Of a stretch of 64,000 nucleotides of DNA, positions 38,667 through 47,949 are shown piece after piece. The first letter of the stretch is position 1. Each line of letters opens with the position of its first letter. The stretch is taken from positions 1 through 64,000 of the forward strand of contig JBMFIM010000001.1 of the NCBI GenBank assembly GCA_049976305.1, given 5' to 3'. This DNA is from Candidatus Micrarchaeia archaeon. GTDB taxonomy: Archaea > Micrarchaeota > Micrarchaeia > Micrarchaeales > CABMGC01. Below the pieces are notes generated by a model that saw only the letters and a program-made list of their open reading frames with translations, had not been told where the DNA came from and ran no database searches. The translations under genes were made by a program, and so were the position numbers.

Positions 38667-39713
38667 CTAGAAGATACTCCTACCTTGCTTTTTTGCTACG
38701 CGCCTCGCAGTAAGAACCATTAAAATAGATATGAGAAAACCCAGCAAAACTAGCAATGAGCCAAAGTATGCGTTCTTAGCAATAAGGCTAAGCCCTAAAG
38801 CGATTGCTATAAAGGAAAAGATGGGGGGTATTGCAGGCAAACCTATTTTGTATGTCTTGAGCAGATACATTGTAAATACAAGGCCCAGCGATGCACCCAC
38901 CGCTATTACCACAGCGAAGAAGTAGCTTGCGAATGAAAAGTAAGCGCTAACTGCGAGCATAAGCGGCATTGTCAAATCACCAGTCCCCAAAGCAGTTTGT
39001 GTAGGCACCGGCAAAGCGCCTTGTCTTATTGCCTGCTTTATCTGCTTGCTCCTTATTTTTGCCTTGGCAAGCATCTTCTTGAGCTCTTTGATGCTCCTTT
39101 TGCTGAGATAAGCCTTAGGCACCAGCTCTACCTCAGAAGAGCCTACAAGCAAAGCCATGTTTCTATCTACCGCCTGCTTGCCCAATGCAAGCATGTGTTT
39201 TGTTACAAAAACCGCCACGTAGTCATAGGCTGCTATTATCATCATAAAGACAAAGGCGACAGTAAAAGGAAGAAAGCCAAGCACTATTCCTGCACCCAAG
39301 CTGGCGATTATTGCAACCTCGTTTCTCAGCCAAGGCTTCTTATATTTCGCAATCATAAGCAAGACAGGAAGGGCTATTGAAGCTGCCACTACTTCTGGCA
39401 CGTATGCCTGTTGCGGAAATATGCTGCCAAGGATTATTAGGAAAAGGTAAAAGGAAGCAATTACTACTATTACACCTTCTATTATCGCATAGATCGCCGC
39501 ACCGTGGTAAAACTTGAAAATTAGCAAAAGAAATACGGTGCCGGCAAGCACATAAAGAAAAAACCAAAGTGCATCAAAAGAGGAAGCCTGCTGCGCAGGC
39601 ACCACTGCTATCGGTGGCAAAAAGAAGAATACTATCAGCAAACCGAGAAACTGGACTAAGAGGAAAAGAGATACAATGTAAACAAGCTGCCTGTATTCTA
39701 TTATTCTCTCCAT
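38667..39713 (-). CDS. presenilin-like intramembrane aspartyl protease (PSH)
   Basis: AYDYVAV, LGTGD, LPAIP. Confidence 0.9.
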   Translation of the reverse strand: MERIIEYRQLVYIVSLFLLVQFLGLLIVFFFLPPIAVVPAQQASSFDALWFFLYVLAGTVFLLLIFKFYHGAAIYAIIEGVIVVIASFYLFLIILGSIFPQQAYVPEVVAASIALPVLLMIAKYKKPWLRNEVAIIASLGAGIVLGFLPFTVAFVFMMIIAAYDYVAVFVTKHMLALGKQAVDRNMALLVGSSEVELVPKAYLSKRSIKELKKMLAKAKIRSKQIKQAIRQGALPVPTQTALGTGDLTMPLMLAVSAYFSFASYFFAVVIAVGASLGLVFTMYLLKTYKIGLPAIPPIFSFIAIALGLSLIAKNAYFGSLLVLLGFLISILMVLTARRVAKKQGRSIF

Positions 39714-41776
39714 TACTCTGCCTCATGCTTTACTATCTTGAGCTCCCCTGGCTTTGGCATATAAACATCTCCGCTCCTCTCGAGCTCGTCAAGATATTTT
39801 ATTGCCGTTTGCCTGTCTATTCCTATTTTTTCAGCTTCTTCAAGCACAGCGGTAACCTTTGCTGTTTTCTCCTTTTCTTCAAGCTCCTTTATGATGTTCA
39901 TCAGCGCGTTGATCTTATCTACTTTCTCTTTCGGCATGCCTGTTTGCAAAATGTCAATGTCCCTCCTTCCACTTCTATCAACGGCAAGTGTGTTAAGCAT
40001 ATACTCAAACAAAGATATGGCAACATCTGCGTCTCTGCTGGTAACCACAGGCGAAAGCCTTGCTTTAGCGCTGGCTTCTGCAAGCCTAACAAGGCCTTCT
40101 ATTTGCCTGGGCGTTATTGGCGTTACGCCTTGCTTTAGCCCAAGCTTCCTGAGCTCTATGTAATAGTTCGCTATTCTATCGCTCGCTTCTCTAAGCAACC
40201 TAGGCTTTATGTTTTTCCTTGCGTAGGCTATGTATTTTCTCAACAGCTCAGGGTCTATAGGCGGAGCTGCGACCTGTTCGTATGCTTCAACTTGCTCGAG
40301 CTGCGCACCTGCTGCTTCATGCTGAACAAGTATGTGCTTTGCTATGTTTCTGTCAAGCTCCTCATCCATAAGATCTGCTATTGGGAAGATTAGGTCAAAC
40401 CTTGAAAGCAACGCTGGAGGTATGTCAAACTGCTCAGAAGGATAGATGTTCTTTTCAAACCTCCCAAACTTCGGGTTTGCTGAAGCTAGAATTGAGGTTT
40501 TCGCGTTGAACCTAGCAACTATGCCGGCCTTTGCCACACTGATAGTTTGCGACTCCATAGCTTCCAGAAGGCCTGCTTTGTCTTCGTCGCTGATCTTATC
40601 GAACTCGTCTATGCATACAGTACCTCCTGATCCTAAAACAAGTGCCCCGGCCTTGAGCGTCCAGCCGCCTTCGGAAAGCTCATCCCTCTCTGCAGTAGCT
40701 GTAAGACCTGCTGAGCTTACAGACTTACCGCTTACATATATTCCCTTCGGCACTATGCTAGAAACTGCCTGCAAAAGCCTTGTCTTGGCTGTTCCAGGAT
40801 CGCCGATGAGAAGAATATGTATGTCGCTTCTTATGAGCCCGCCATCAACAAGGCGCTTGTCAGGAGTCCCGCCAAACAGCTGCAGCACTATTGCCTTCTT
40901 TATCTCATCATAGCCGTAAATTGAAGGGGCAATGGACTTGGCCAGCTTATCAAATATGAGTGGATCCTTCGCAAGCTCAATTATCTTGGCTTCTTCCTCT
41001 GGTGTTATTTCAAGTTCAGCAAATTCTTTCTGTTTTGGCTTAACCGACACGGCATCCAAAAACATAGTAAATACAGACTTTTCCTGCTTACCCCTGCTAG
41101 TAATTCTAGGCCTTATTCGCAAAATTCCAGTAATGTCCGCCCTATCGCCGGGCAAGACGCTATTTACAAGATCATCCTGAAGCCAAATTTCCATATGAAG
41201 ATTAGGCACATTGCCCTTAAGCTTTTCGAGAGGGTCTTGTATTTCCAGCTTCTGCAGGTCTATGAATTGTGACTCCTCAGTAACTTGCTTTAGTGATCTG
41301 TGCTTGCATTGTGGGCAAACCTCAGGCACTTCTTCATGCTCTATGTCAAGCTTTACTACCGCCCCGCAGACATTGCAGCGAAATACACCAACGTGAACCT
41401 TTGGCATTATCTCTGAGCGCTTTGTAATTAGCGAGTCTATGGTGAGGAGCTTCCCTATTTCGTCAGAGCCGACATCCTGTAAGAGCGGCGCTGCGGAGGG
41501 GTCCGAGTTAAAGAATCTCACATACAAGGGCTTTGCAGGGTTGGGTGCAGGATTGAGCTTGGCGAGGGCTTCGTTTGCGGCAATAATAACAGGGTCTGGG
41601 TTGTTTAGCAGTTCCTGCGCAAGCTCATGGTCAAACCTCTCCAGGTCTACGATATCTACATAAAGCGACCTTTTCTGGGGGTAAACAATAAGCAAGTTTT
41701 TAATCTGCTCAGAATAGTAGGTATTGAGAAACTCGAGGAGCCTGTCCTCATACTCTCTGGCAACCACTGCTTCCAT
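39713..41776 (-). CDS. mcm: replicative helicase MCM
   Basis: Zn finger, GDPGTAKT, IDEFDK, SRFD; start ATG 41776. Confidence 0.97.
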   Translation of the reverse strand: MEAVVAREYEDRLLEFLNTYYSEQIKNLLIVYPQKRSLYVDIVDLERFDHELAQELLNNPDPVIIAANEALAKLNPAPNPAKPLYVRFFNSDPSAAPLLQDVGSDEIGKLLTIDSLITKRSEIMPKVHVGVFRCNVCGAVVKLDIEHEEVPEVCPQCKHRSLKQVTEESQFIDLQKLEIQDPLEKLKGNVPNLHMEIWLQDDLVNSVLPGDRADITGILRIRPRITSRGKQEKSVFTMFLDAVSVKPKQKEFAELEITPEEEAKIIELAKDPLIFDKLAKSIAPSIYGYDEIKKAIVLQLFGGTPDKRLVDGGLIRSDIHILLIGDPGTAKTRLLQAVSSIVPKGIYVSGKSVSSAGLTATAERDELSEGGWTLKAGALVLGSGGTVCIDEFDKISDEDKAGLLEAMESQTISVAKAGIVARFNAKTSILASANPKFGRFEKNIYPSEQFDIPPALLSRFDLIFPIADLMDEELDRNIAKHILVQHEAAGAQLEQVEAYEQVAAPPIDPELLRKYIAYARKNIKPRLLREASDRIANYYIELRKLGLKQGVTPITPRQIEGLVRLAEASAKARLSPVVTSRDADVAISLFEYMLNTLAVDRSGRRDIDILQTGMPKEKVDKINALMNIIKELEEKEKTAKVTAVLEEAEKIGIDRQTAIKYLDELERSGDVYMPKPGELKIVKHEAE

Positions 41777-41904
41777 ACTTCCCCTATTAGATTGATTTGA
41801 ACAGTTATTTAAATGTTGCAAATGCGGCTCTTTGTATTTGCCTCCTCCCTGATCGAGAAAAGATATTTTAAAGTAGAAGTCAAAAATTTTAACGAGGTGG
41901 GGAG

Positions 41905-44535
41905 TTGCCTAGCGTTGCAGGCTCTACCGAAGATGCTATAAATAATGCTGCATCTGCAGAAAAAACGTCTGTATTTCTTGTAGGCGAAGCTGGCGGCGGA
42001 CTAATTTGGTTTGACAAGGACAATTGGATTGGCCTATACCATATTTTGAAAGAGAGAATATTGGCAAAGAATGCACCGGCCGCGATAATTTTCCATGGCG
42101 AGATACTGCCTGCTTTGCCAAAATATATAACAAAAGGTGGTTACAGTAAGAGCCAACCTCTGCAAGAAGACATAAACAGCCTGGACCTGGCAGTAGTGCA
42201 GGTAAAGCCACACTTATCAAGGATAGCAAAGCTGGCAAAAGAGGAAGGAATTGAACTGTACTACGTAATGGGCCCAAGCGACAGAGACAATATTGCCCGA
42301 GAACACGACATGCTAGTGAGAATTTATACCAACTCTCCGAAAGACTTACTACAAATGATTGTAAGTATAAGGGAAAAAATTAGAGCGAATAACAAAATAA
42401 TCGAGACTACAGAAAAAATAATGAAAAAGGAGCTTGAAAAAACCACACAGAACACGAGCAAAATCCAAAACATGCAAGAAAAGATTAGGCAGCTAAAAGA
42501 GGAAAACGAAGATTTTGAGAAGCTTGATCAGCTTTATATCAAGCTTGTAGAACTATGGCTAGAAGAACATCCGGGCGAAGCTGAACAAGATAAATCTTTG
42601 AACCCTGAAGAGAAAGGTGACATCTCTAGGCTTGTCAACGAAATTAGAGGAAGAGGCATCGAGAAAAGTGAAATAGAGAAGAAAATAGAGGAACTGACTA
42701 GGGAGCTGGAGAAAACAGACAAAGACAAAGAGCCTGAAAAATACAAGCAGCTAGATGAAGAAATAAAAAAGCTCAACAACGAGCTAAAGAAAGGAACGTA
42801 CAAAGACATTAGAAAAACTAAGCAGAAAGCTGAAGAAGGCGTATTCAAAAGGGAGAGACCTGGAGAGCTTTATACAGGCCACTACGCGGGATCAAAAGAG
42901 CTAGATGCGCTTGCGTTTGAAATAGCCAATGCGTATATTGCGCTCAACATACGAAATGCGTTTGGAAGGAGAATAAATATACAAATACTTCCTGAGCTGG
43001 TAAATGATATAGCTATAAAAGGGCACGCTTTTAGAGTCTCTGACTTGCCTTCCGAAGCATCAAGAGAGTATCTTTCTGTACAGAACTATTTCAAGGCTCT
43101 AGTGCAAGGGCTAACAGGCACGACAATAGTCACTATGGCGCACACAACTTCTTACCATGTTGATACAGTTCCACCATACAATGATGTAAGGAAAAATACG
43201 GGAGTAGTATATGAGGTTGCGGTGCCGCCAATTATAGACGGAGAAAAAGTCAAAGATGCTTGGAGATCTGGCATTAATACCCCGCTTACAAAAGCCGTAA
43301 AGAAAGGCAAAGGAGTAACTACAGGATTTGTAGAGGTTACTTTTGACAGTAATGGCGTAAAGACAACATATTATTCATATGAATTCTTGCATCAGAAGGC
43401 AGGTGAAGAATACAATATACAAAGAGAGATTTTGAACAAATTGCTGAGGGGCAATGGCAACAATATTACAGAAAAGCCTAGCATAGAAGACAAAATCCAG
43501 ATCCATAACAAGTTGCCTGAAGAGATGAATAAGCGCCTGATCCAATTGGCCAAAAAATATTTCCCGGCCGCACTGGCGTTACCCAGTCATGAGCAGGGAG
43601 AAACGCGCCGCTTGGATGTTTTGATGGTAAATGATACGCACATCGGCACTGCTGGCTATGGTGAAATTACTACTCGCCGCATGCTCGATGCCCTGGCTAA
43701 AAAACTAAAGGAAATGGGGTTTAGCATTGGCCTACTTTTCCTTGGAGGGGACAACATCGAAGGCGCCTATAAGGCTATAAAATATGAGAAGTACGAAGGG
43801 CGTGACATACGTGGTATATATCAGCTGAAAGGCGGCGCCCTAAGGATTAAATACGAAGCTTGGTTGCAAGAGCATCAGCCCATACCGAGCACGAATGACC
43901 AAATCGCAGAGCTAGTGAACAACATAAAGCCATTGCTAAGATCTGCTAAAACAATACTGCTTGTTTCGGGCCAACACACTAACAAGACCTACCCTGACAA
44001 AACAATAGATGAAGCCACTGCAATAAGGGATGCGTTGTTGCCTATTGCTTCTAAATACGGCGTACGCGAAAAAGACATCATTGCAGTGCCAGGCGGAGAC
44101 AAAGGAGTTGGAGCGGTAAGACTTGACGATGGTACTACCATTTTTGTCGCACATAGTTTGCCTAACGGGTTACGATTTCCCAACGAAACAGTATTGGCGC
44201 TAGGTGCGGATAAGCATCAGCACATAGTTGATGTAGAAACCGACCATGGCGGGCATATAATTGTAAAAACAACGGGCGCTTCTTCTTCGCCGATTACCCA
44301 CTTTGTTAACCAGATAGGCATATCAACAAGTCAGTCAATGAGGGGCTTTACTACCGTTTCTGCAGAGTACGGAAACAGAACTCACATACTTCATAAGCTT
44401 GAAACATACTTCATATCACTAGACGACCTGATGCCATTAATAAGAAAAGGATTAGAAAGAGATTTTGGCAAAGAAGACCTGGAAAGGCTTGAAAAATTTG
44501 AAGAAGGGCGGATTACAATAAAAGCAAGCAGTTAA
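41905..44535 (+). CDS. large protein: degenerate metallophosphoesterase + coiled coil + calcineurin-like metallophosphoesterase
   Basis: C-terminal NDTHIG, GGDNIEG, SGQH, VAH, DKHQH motifs; central K/E heptad region. Confidence 0.65.
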   Translation: MPSVAGSTEDAINNAASAEKTSVFLVGEAGGGLIWFDKDNWIGLYHILKERILAKNAPAAIIFHGEILPALPKYITKGGYSKSQPLQEDINSLDLAVVQVKPHLSRIAKLAKEEGIELYYVMGPSDRDNIAREHDMLVRIYTNSPKDLLQMIVSIREKIRANNKIIETTEKIMKKELEKTTQNTSKIQNMQEKIRQLKEENEDFEKLDQLYIKLVELWLEEHPGEAEQDKSLNPEEKGDISRLVNEIRGRGIEKSEIEKKIEELTRELEKTDKDKEPEKYKQLDEEIKKLNNELKKGTYKDIRKTKQKAEEGVFKRERPGELYTGHYAGSKELDALAFEIANAYIALNIRNAFGRRINIQILPELVNDIAIKGHAFRVSDLPSEASREYLSVQNYFKALVQGLTGTTIVTMAHTTSYHVDTVPPYNDVRKNTGVVYEVAVPPIIDGEKVKDAWRSGINTPLTKAVKKGKGVTTGFVEVTFDSNGVKTTYYSYEFLHQKAGEEYNIQREILNKLLRGNGNNITEKPSIEDKIQIHNKLPEEMNKRLIQLAKKYFPAALALPSHEQGETRRLDVLMVNDTHIGTAGYGEITTRRMLDALAKKLKEMGFSIGLLFLGGDNIEGAYKAIKYEKYEGRDIRGIYQLKGGALRIKYEAWLQEHQPIPSTNDQIAELVNNIKPLLRSAKTILLVSGQHTNKTYPDKTIDEATAIRDALLPIASKYGVREKDIIAVPGGDKGVGAVRLDDGTTIFVAHSLPNGLRFPNETVLALGADKHQHIVDVETDHGGHIIVKTTGASSSPITHFVNQIGISTSQSMRGFTTVSAEYGNRTHILHKLETYFISLDDLMPLIRKGLERDFGKEDLERLEKFEEGRITIKASS

Positions 44536-44550
44536 GCTTTGCCTACTTTT

Positions 44551-45294
44551 CTACTCCTCGACGTAAGGAGCAAGATAGTAAGTTATCGAAGCCTCGCCGA
44601 TTTTGTAGCTTAGCTTGAGAGGCTGGTTGGTCTTGAGCGACAAAACAACTGAGCCGCCTACAGGGCTTGACTTCACCATATTCTCAAGAAACTCCAGGTT
44701 GAAAGTTGCTGTTGCGTCCTTACTCGCCTCTACCTTCTTAACCTCAGAACCGTCAATCTCATGCACCTCTTCCAGCTCGCCAGAGTCTCCCTTCGCCGTT
44801 ATTGCAAAAGAATCTTTGCTTGCCTTGAAAGCAACATAAGACGAGATTAGGCTTGCATCTTTGAGTATGTCCTTAAGATGCTCTCCATCTACTTCAACGT
44901 TCGCATCGAACTCGACCTTTGGCTCCTTCTCTTCCTTGCTCTTTATGTCTATAAGCTGAAGTTTGTATCTCCTTTTGCTTTTGCCTCCTGAAAATTCGAG
45001 AAGCAGCTTGTTGTCAAGATCTTTGAGCACAAGGCTTTCGTTGTCCCTTGTTCTTGATAGGATCTTGCTCAGGCTGTCTAGATTAACCCCAACGTTCACA
45101 TTCTTCTCCACATCATATTGGGAGAATGCCTTGCTTGGCATGAAAAATGAGACCATGCTTATGCCGGATGGGTCCATTGCCTTGAGAGAGATGCCATCCT
45201 TGCTTATAACAAATGAGCCTTCGTCTATCAAGCTGACAATTGCCTCGACGCAGTCCCTCCAATATTTTGCATCATCTATCTTTATTTCAAACAC
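44551..45294 (-). CDS. pcn: DNA sliding clamp PCNA
   Basis: AMDPSGISMV, YYLAP. Confidence 0.96.
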   Translation of the reverse strand: MFEIKIDDAKYWRDCVEAIVSLIDEGSFVISKDGISLKAMDPSGISMVSFFMPSKAFSQYDVEKNVNVGVNLDSLSKILSRTRDNESLVLKDLDNKLLLEFSGGKSKRRYKLQLIDIKSKEEKEPKVEFDANVEVDGEHLKDILKDASLISSYVAFKASKDSFAITAKGDSGELEEVHEIDGSEVKKVEASKDATATFNLEFLENMVKSSPVGGSVVLSLKTNQPLKLSYKIGEASITYYLAPYVEE

Positions 45295-45385
45295 GCAAAT
45301 CCCCTGATAAAGTTACAACGAAAACATTATTTAATTTTGCTAGCAGCAGAGAGCATGGAAGGGCATACGATAGGTATATTAATTT

Positions 45386-45415
45386 TATCGGATAATAGAT
45401 ATCGATTAACCGATA
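45386..45415. promoter_or_regulatory. candidate PadR operator
   Basis: TATCGGATAAT-N8-ATTAACCGATA, 11-bp inverted repeat with 1 mismatch, 6 nt before the padR start. Confidence 0.55.
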
Positions 45416-45421
45416 GATAGC

Positions 45422-45841
45422 ATGCAGAAGGTTTGGGGTAAAAGCAAGAGGGGATGGCTTAAGCCAATAATCATAGCGCTGCTCAGGCGATCGCCCAAAA
45501 CCGGAAGCGAGATCATGGACGAGATAGAGAGGCTCAGCTTCGGCTGGTGGAGGCCAAGTCCGGGCTCAATCTATCCGACACTCTACGAGCTTGAAAAGGA
45601 AGGGCTAATCAAGAAAAAACAATCGGGTAAATACGAGCTTACAGCCGAAGGCAGAGAGGTCATTTACCCATGGGAGAGCAGGTTTTATGCCAGAGGCGAA
45701 AGCCTTGATGGCCTGATAGCAGAAATCGACGGATACGTATCCTATCTTGAGGACATAAGCAAGGACCACAAAGAAGAGCTTCGTGAAAAGGCAAAACAAC
45801 TTCAAGACATATGCAAGAGGCTTGAAAGGCTGACAAGGTGA
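45422..45841 (+). CDS. PadR-family regulator
   Basis: WRPSPGSIYPTLYELEKEGLI...YELTAEG. Confidence 0.93.
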   Translation: MQKVWGKSKRGWLKPIIIALLRRSPKTGSEIMDEIERLSFGWWRPSPGSIYPTLYELEKEGLIKKKQSGKYELTAEGREVIYPWESRFYARGESLDGLIAEIDGYVSYLEDISKDHKEELREKAKQLQDICKRLERLTR

Positions 45842-45846
45842 AATTA

Positions 45847-46848
45847 ATGGTAGAGTATGCTATTGAAATAGACCATCTTACCAAAAAGTTTGGGGACTTC
45901 ACAGCAGTAAACGATATTAGCTTGAAAATAGAGAAGGGAGAGATCTTTGGCTTGCTGGGGCCTAATGGCGCGGGCAAAAGCACAACCATAAACATGCTTC
46001 TAGGCCTTATAGAGCCGACAAGCGGGACGATAATAGTAGAGGGCAAGGACATAAGAAAAAAATTAAACGAGGTAAAGCAGGATATTGGCCTGGTGATGCA
46101 AGAAACAATAGTCGAGCCAGAGCTTACAGCAGAACAAAACCTCAGGCTTTTTGGCAAGCTTTACCATATGAGCGAAGAAGAAATAGAAAAGAAAATACCG
46201 TTTTTGTTGGACCTTGCTGGATTGACAGAGTTCAGGCACGCGTATGCTGGCACATTTTCTGGGGGTATGAAAAGAAGGCTGGAAACTGTAAAATCTCTCA
46301 TTCACGACCCCAAGATTCTTGTACTTGACGAGCCTACAACCGGGTTGGACATACAAAATAGAGCCAAGGTATGGGATCTAATCCGAAAGATAAACAAGGA
46401 AAAGGGCGTGACTGTGCTCATGACAACCCAGTATTTGGAGGAAGCAGACGAAATGTGCAATAGAATTGCAATAATAGACCATGGCAGAATAGTAGCACTA
46501 GGGACACCTACAGAACTTAAGCATCAAATAGGAAAGAATGTAGTAGTTGAAGTTGCAACATCAAGACAATGGCTAGATAAAGTAGCAGAATTCCTTAAGA
46601 AAATAACAGGCGAGAAGGTAACAACTTCTGGGGATAGGGTCAGTGTTGCAATAAGCGGCGAGGCTGTAAAGAAAACAGAACAGATAATGAACGAACTCTC
46701 AAGGAACAAGATACCAATAAGCGGCATAAGCATGCATGAGCCAACTCTAGATGATGTTTTCTTGAAGCTAACTGGCACCTCTCTTAGAGATGCTGCTTCC
46801 AATGAGGCTTTTGCCTCTAGAAGGGAAATGCTGATGAGAAGAAGGTGA
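45847..46848 (+). CDS. ABC exporter ATP-binding protein (DrrA-like)
   Basis: GPNGAGKS, FSGGMKRR, LDEPTTGLD. Confidence 0.95.
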   Translation: MVEYAIEIDHLTKKFGDFTAVNDISLKIEKGEIFGLLGPNGAGKSTTINMLLGLIEPTSGTIIVEGKDIRKKLNEVKQDIGLVMQETIVEPELTAEQNLRLFGKLYHMSEEEIEKKIPFLLDLAGLTEFRHAYAGTFSGGMKRRLETVKSLIHDPKILVLDEPTTGLDIQNRAKVWDLIRKINKEKGVTVLMTTQYLEEADEMCNRIAIIDHGRIVALGTPTELKHQIGKNVVVEVATSRQWLDKVAEFLKKITGEKVTTSGDRVSVAISGEAVKKTEQIMNELSRNKIPISGISMHEPTLDDVFLKLTGTSLRDAASNEAFASRREMLMRRR

Positions 46849-46852
46849 TTAG

Positions 46853-47947
46853 TTGGGTATATTGGAAGACGCATATACACTTTACATAAGGGACATGCTC
46901 ATATTCAAGAAGAACTGGAAGACAAGCGTAGCAAGATCCATTATATTTCCGCTTACCCTTATTTTGCTTCTTGGTAATTTAGGAACTACAGTAAACCATG
47001 CACCAATTGCTGTGGTAAATCTGGCACAAAACCCTGAAGCCATGGAATTAATAAGCGACCTTAACAGTGTAAACACGCTCCGGATTTACGCATTGACAAA
47101 CCAACAACAGGCCATGCAAATGCTTGCCAATGGCTATGTTACCTCTGTGGTGGTAATACCGCAAGGGTTTACCAGACACGGCCAAATATACATATATACA
47201 GATGTATCTTCCCCTATCGCTTCACAAGAAGCAGATGCAGCTATAGAGCAAGTAGCTGCAGGGTTCGGAGCAGAGGTAAGCAGCTACAGCAGAGGCGTTG
47301 CAATCAACACAAACTATGTTTACGGAGCGGGCAGCAACTACAAAAGTTTCCTAATCGCAGGCATAGTAATAATGGTAGCGGCATTCGGCTCGATGTGGAG
47401 CGGGGGCTTTACCCTAATAACTGATAGACAGCTGGGCAACCTAAAGGCATTTATGGCAACGCCTGTGCACAAACTCTCAATACTCCTTGGCAAGATAGCA
47501 TATGGCATATCGCAATCAATGATAAACGGTATGCTCGCACTCGCCATCGGTCTACTGTATGGCGGTGCTATAGCAAGCGGTTATGCCGGCCTACTTCCGA
47601 TTATATGGTTTGCATTTTTGAGCGCCCTAGGCTTCAGCGGTGTAGCAACAGCGCTGGGTGCTAGGATAAACAAAATAGAAGTGTATTCGCTTATAGGCAT
47701 GGCCATCACTTTGCCATTATGGATACTTTCCGGTGCTTTCTTACCAACAAGCACGCTGCCTAGGTTTATGCAACCTTTCAGCACTTACAATCCTATGACT
47801 TATGCAGTAAACGCAGTTAGAGACGTGATGCTAAAAGGCGTCCTCCCAATTTCCACACTGATTTATTACTCGGCACTATTGATAGGCTTCGCAGCAGTAA
47901 CGATTGCGATAAGCCTAATGCTATTCAAAAACGTAAATCCGGTGTAA
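46853..47947 (+). CDS. ABC-2 type permease
   Basis: multi-TM; LSGAFLP, NPMTYAV. Confidence 0.92.
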   Translation: MGILEDAYTLYIRDMLIFKKNWKTSVARSIIFPLTLILLLGNLGTTVNHAPIAVVNLAQNPEAMELISDLNSVNTLRIYALTNQQQAMQMLANGYVTSVVVIPQGFTRHGQIYIYTDVSSPIASQEADAAIEQVAAGFGAEVSSYSRGVAINTNYVYGAGSNYKSFLIAGIVIMVAAFGSMWSGGFTLITDRQLGNLKAFMATPVHKLSILLGKIAYGISQSMINGMLALAIGLLYGGAIASGYAGLLPIIWFAFLSALGFSGVATALGARINKIEVYSLIGMAITLPLWILSGAFLPTSTLPRFMQPFSTYNPMTYAVNAVRDVMLKGVLPISTLIYYSALLIGFAAVTIAISLMLFKNVNPV

Positions 47948-47949
47948 AC

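Noticed and set aside
39713..41776. Intein in MCM (also checked Lhr and LeuRS)
   Set aside because: Lengths and motif spacing are normal; no intein termini seen
41777..41904. Replication origin upstream of mcm
   Set aside because: Short intergenic region with no ORB-like repeats and no cdc6/orc1 in the window
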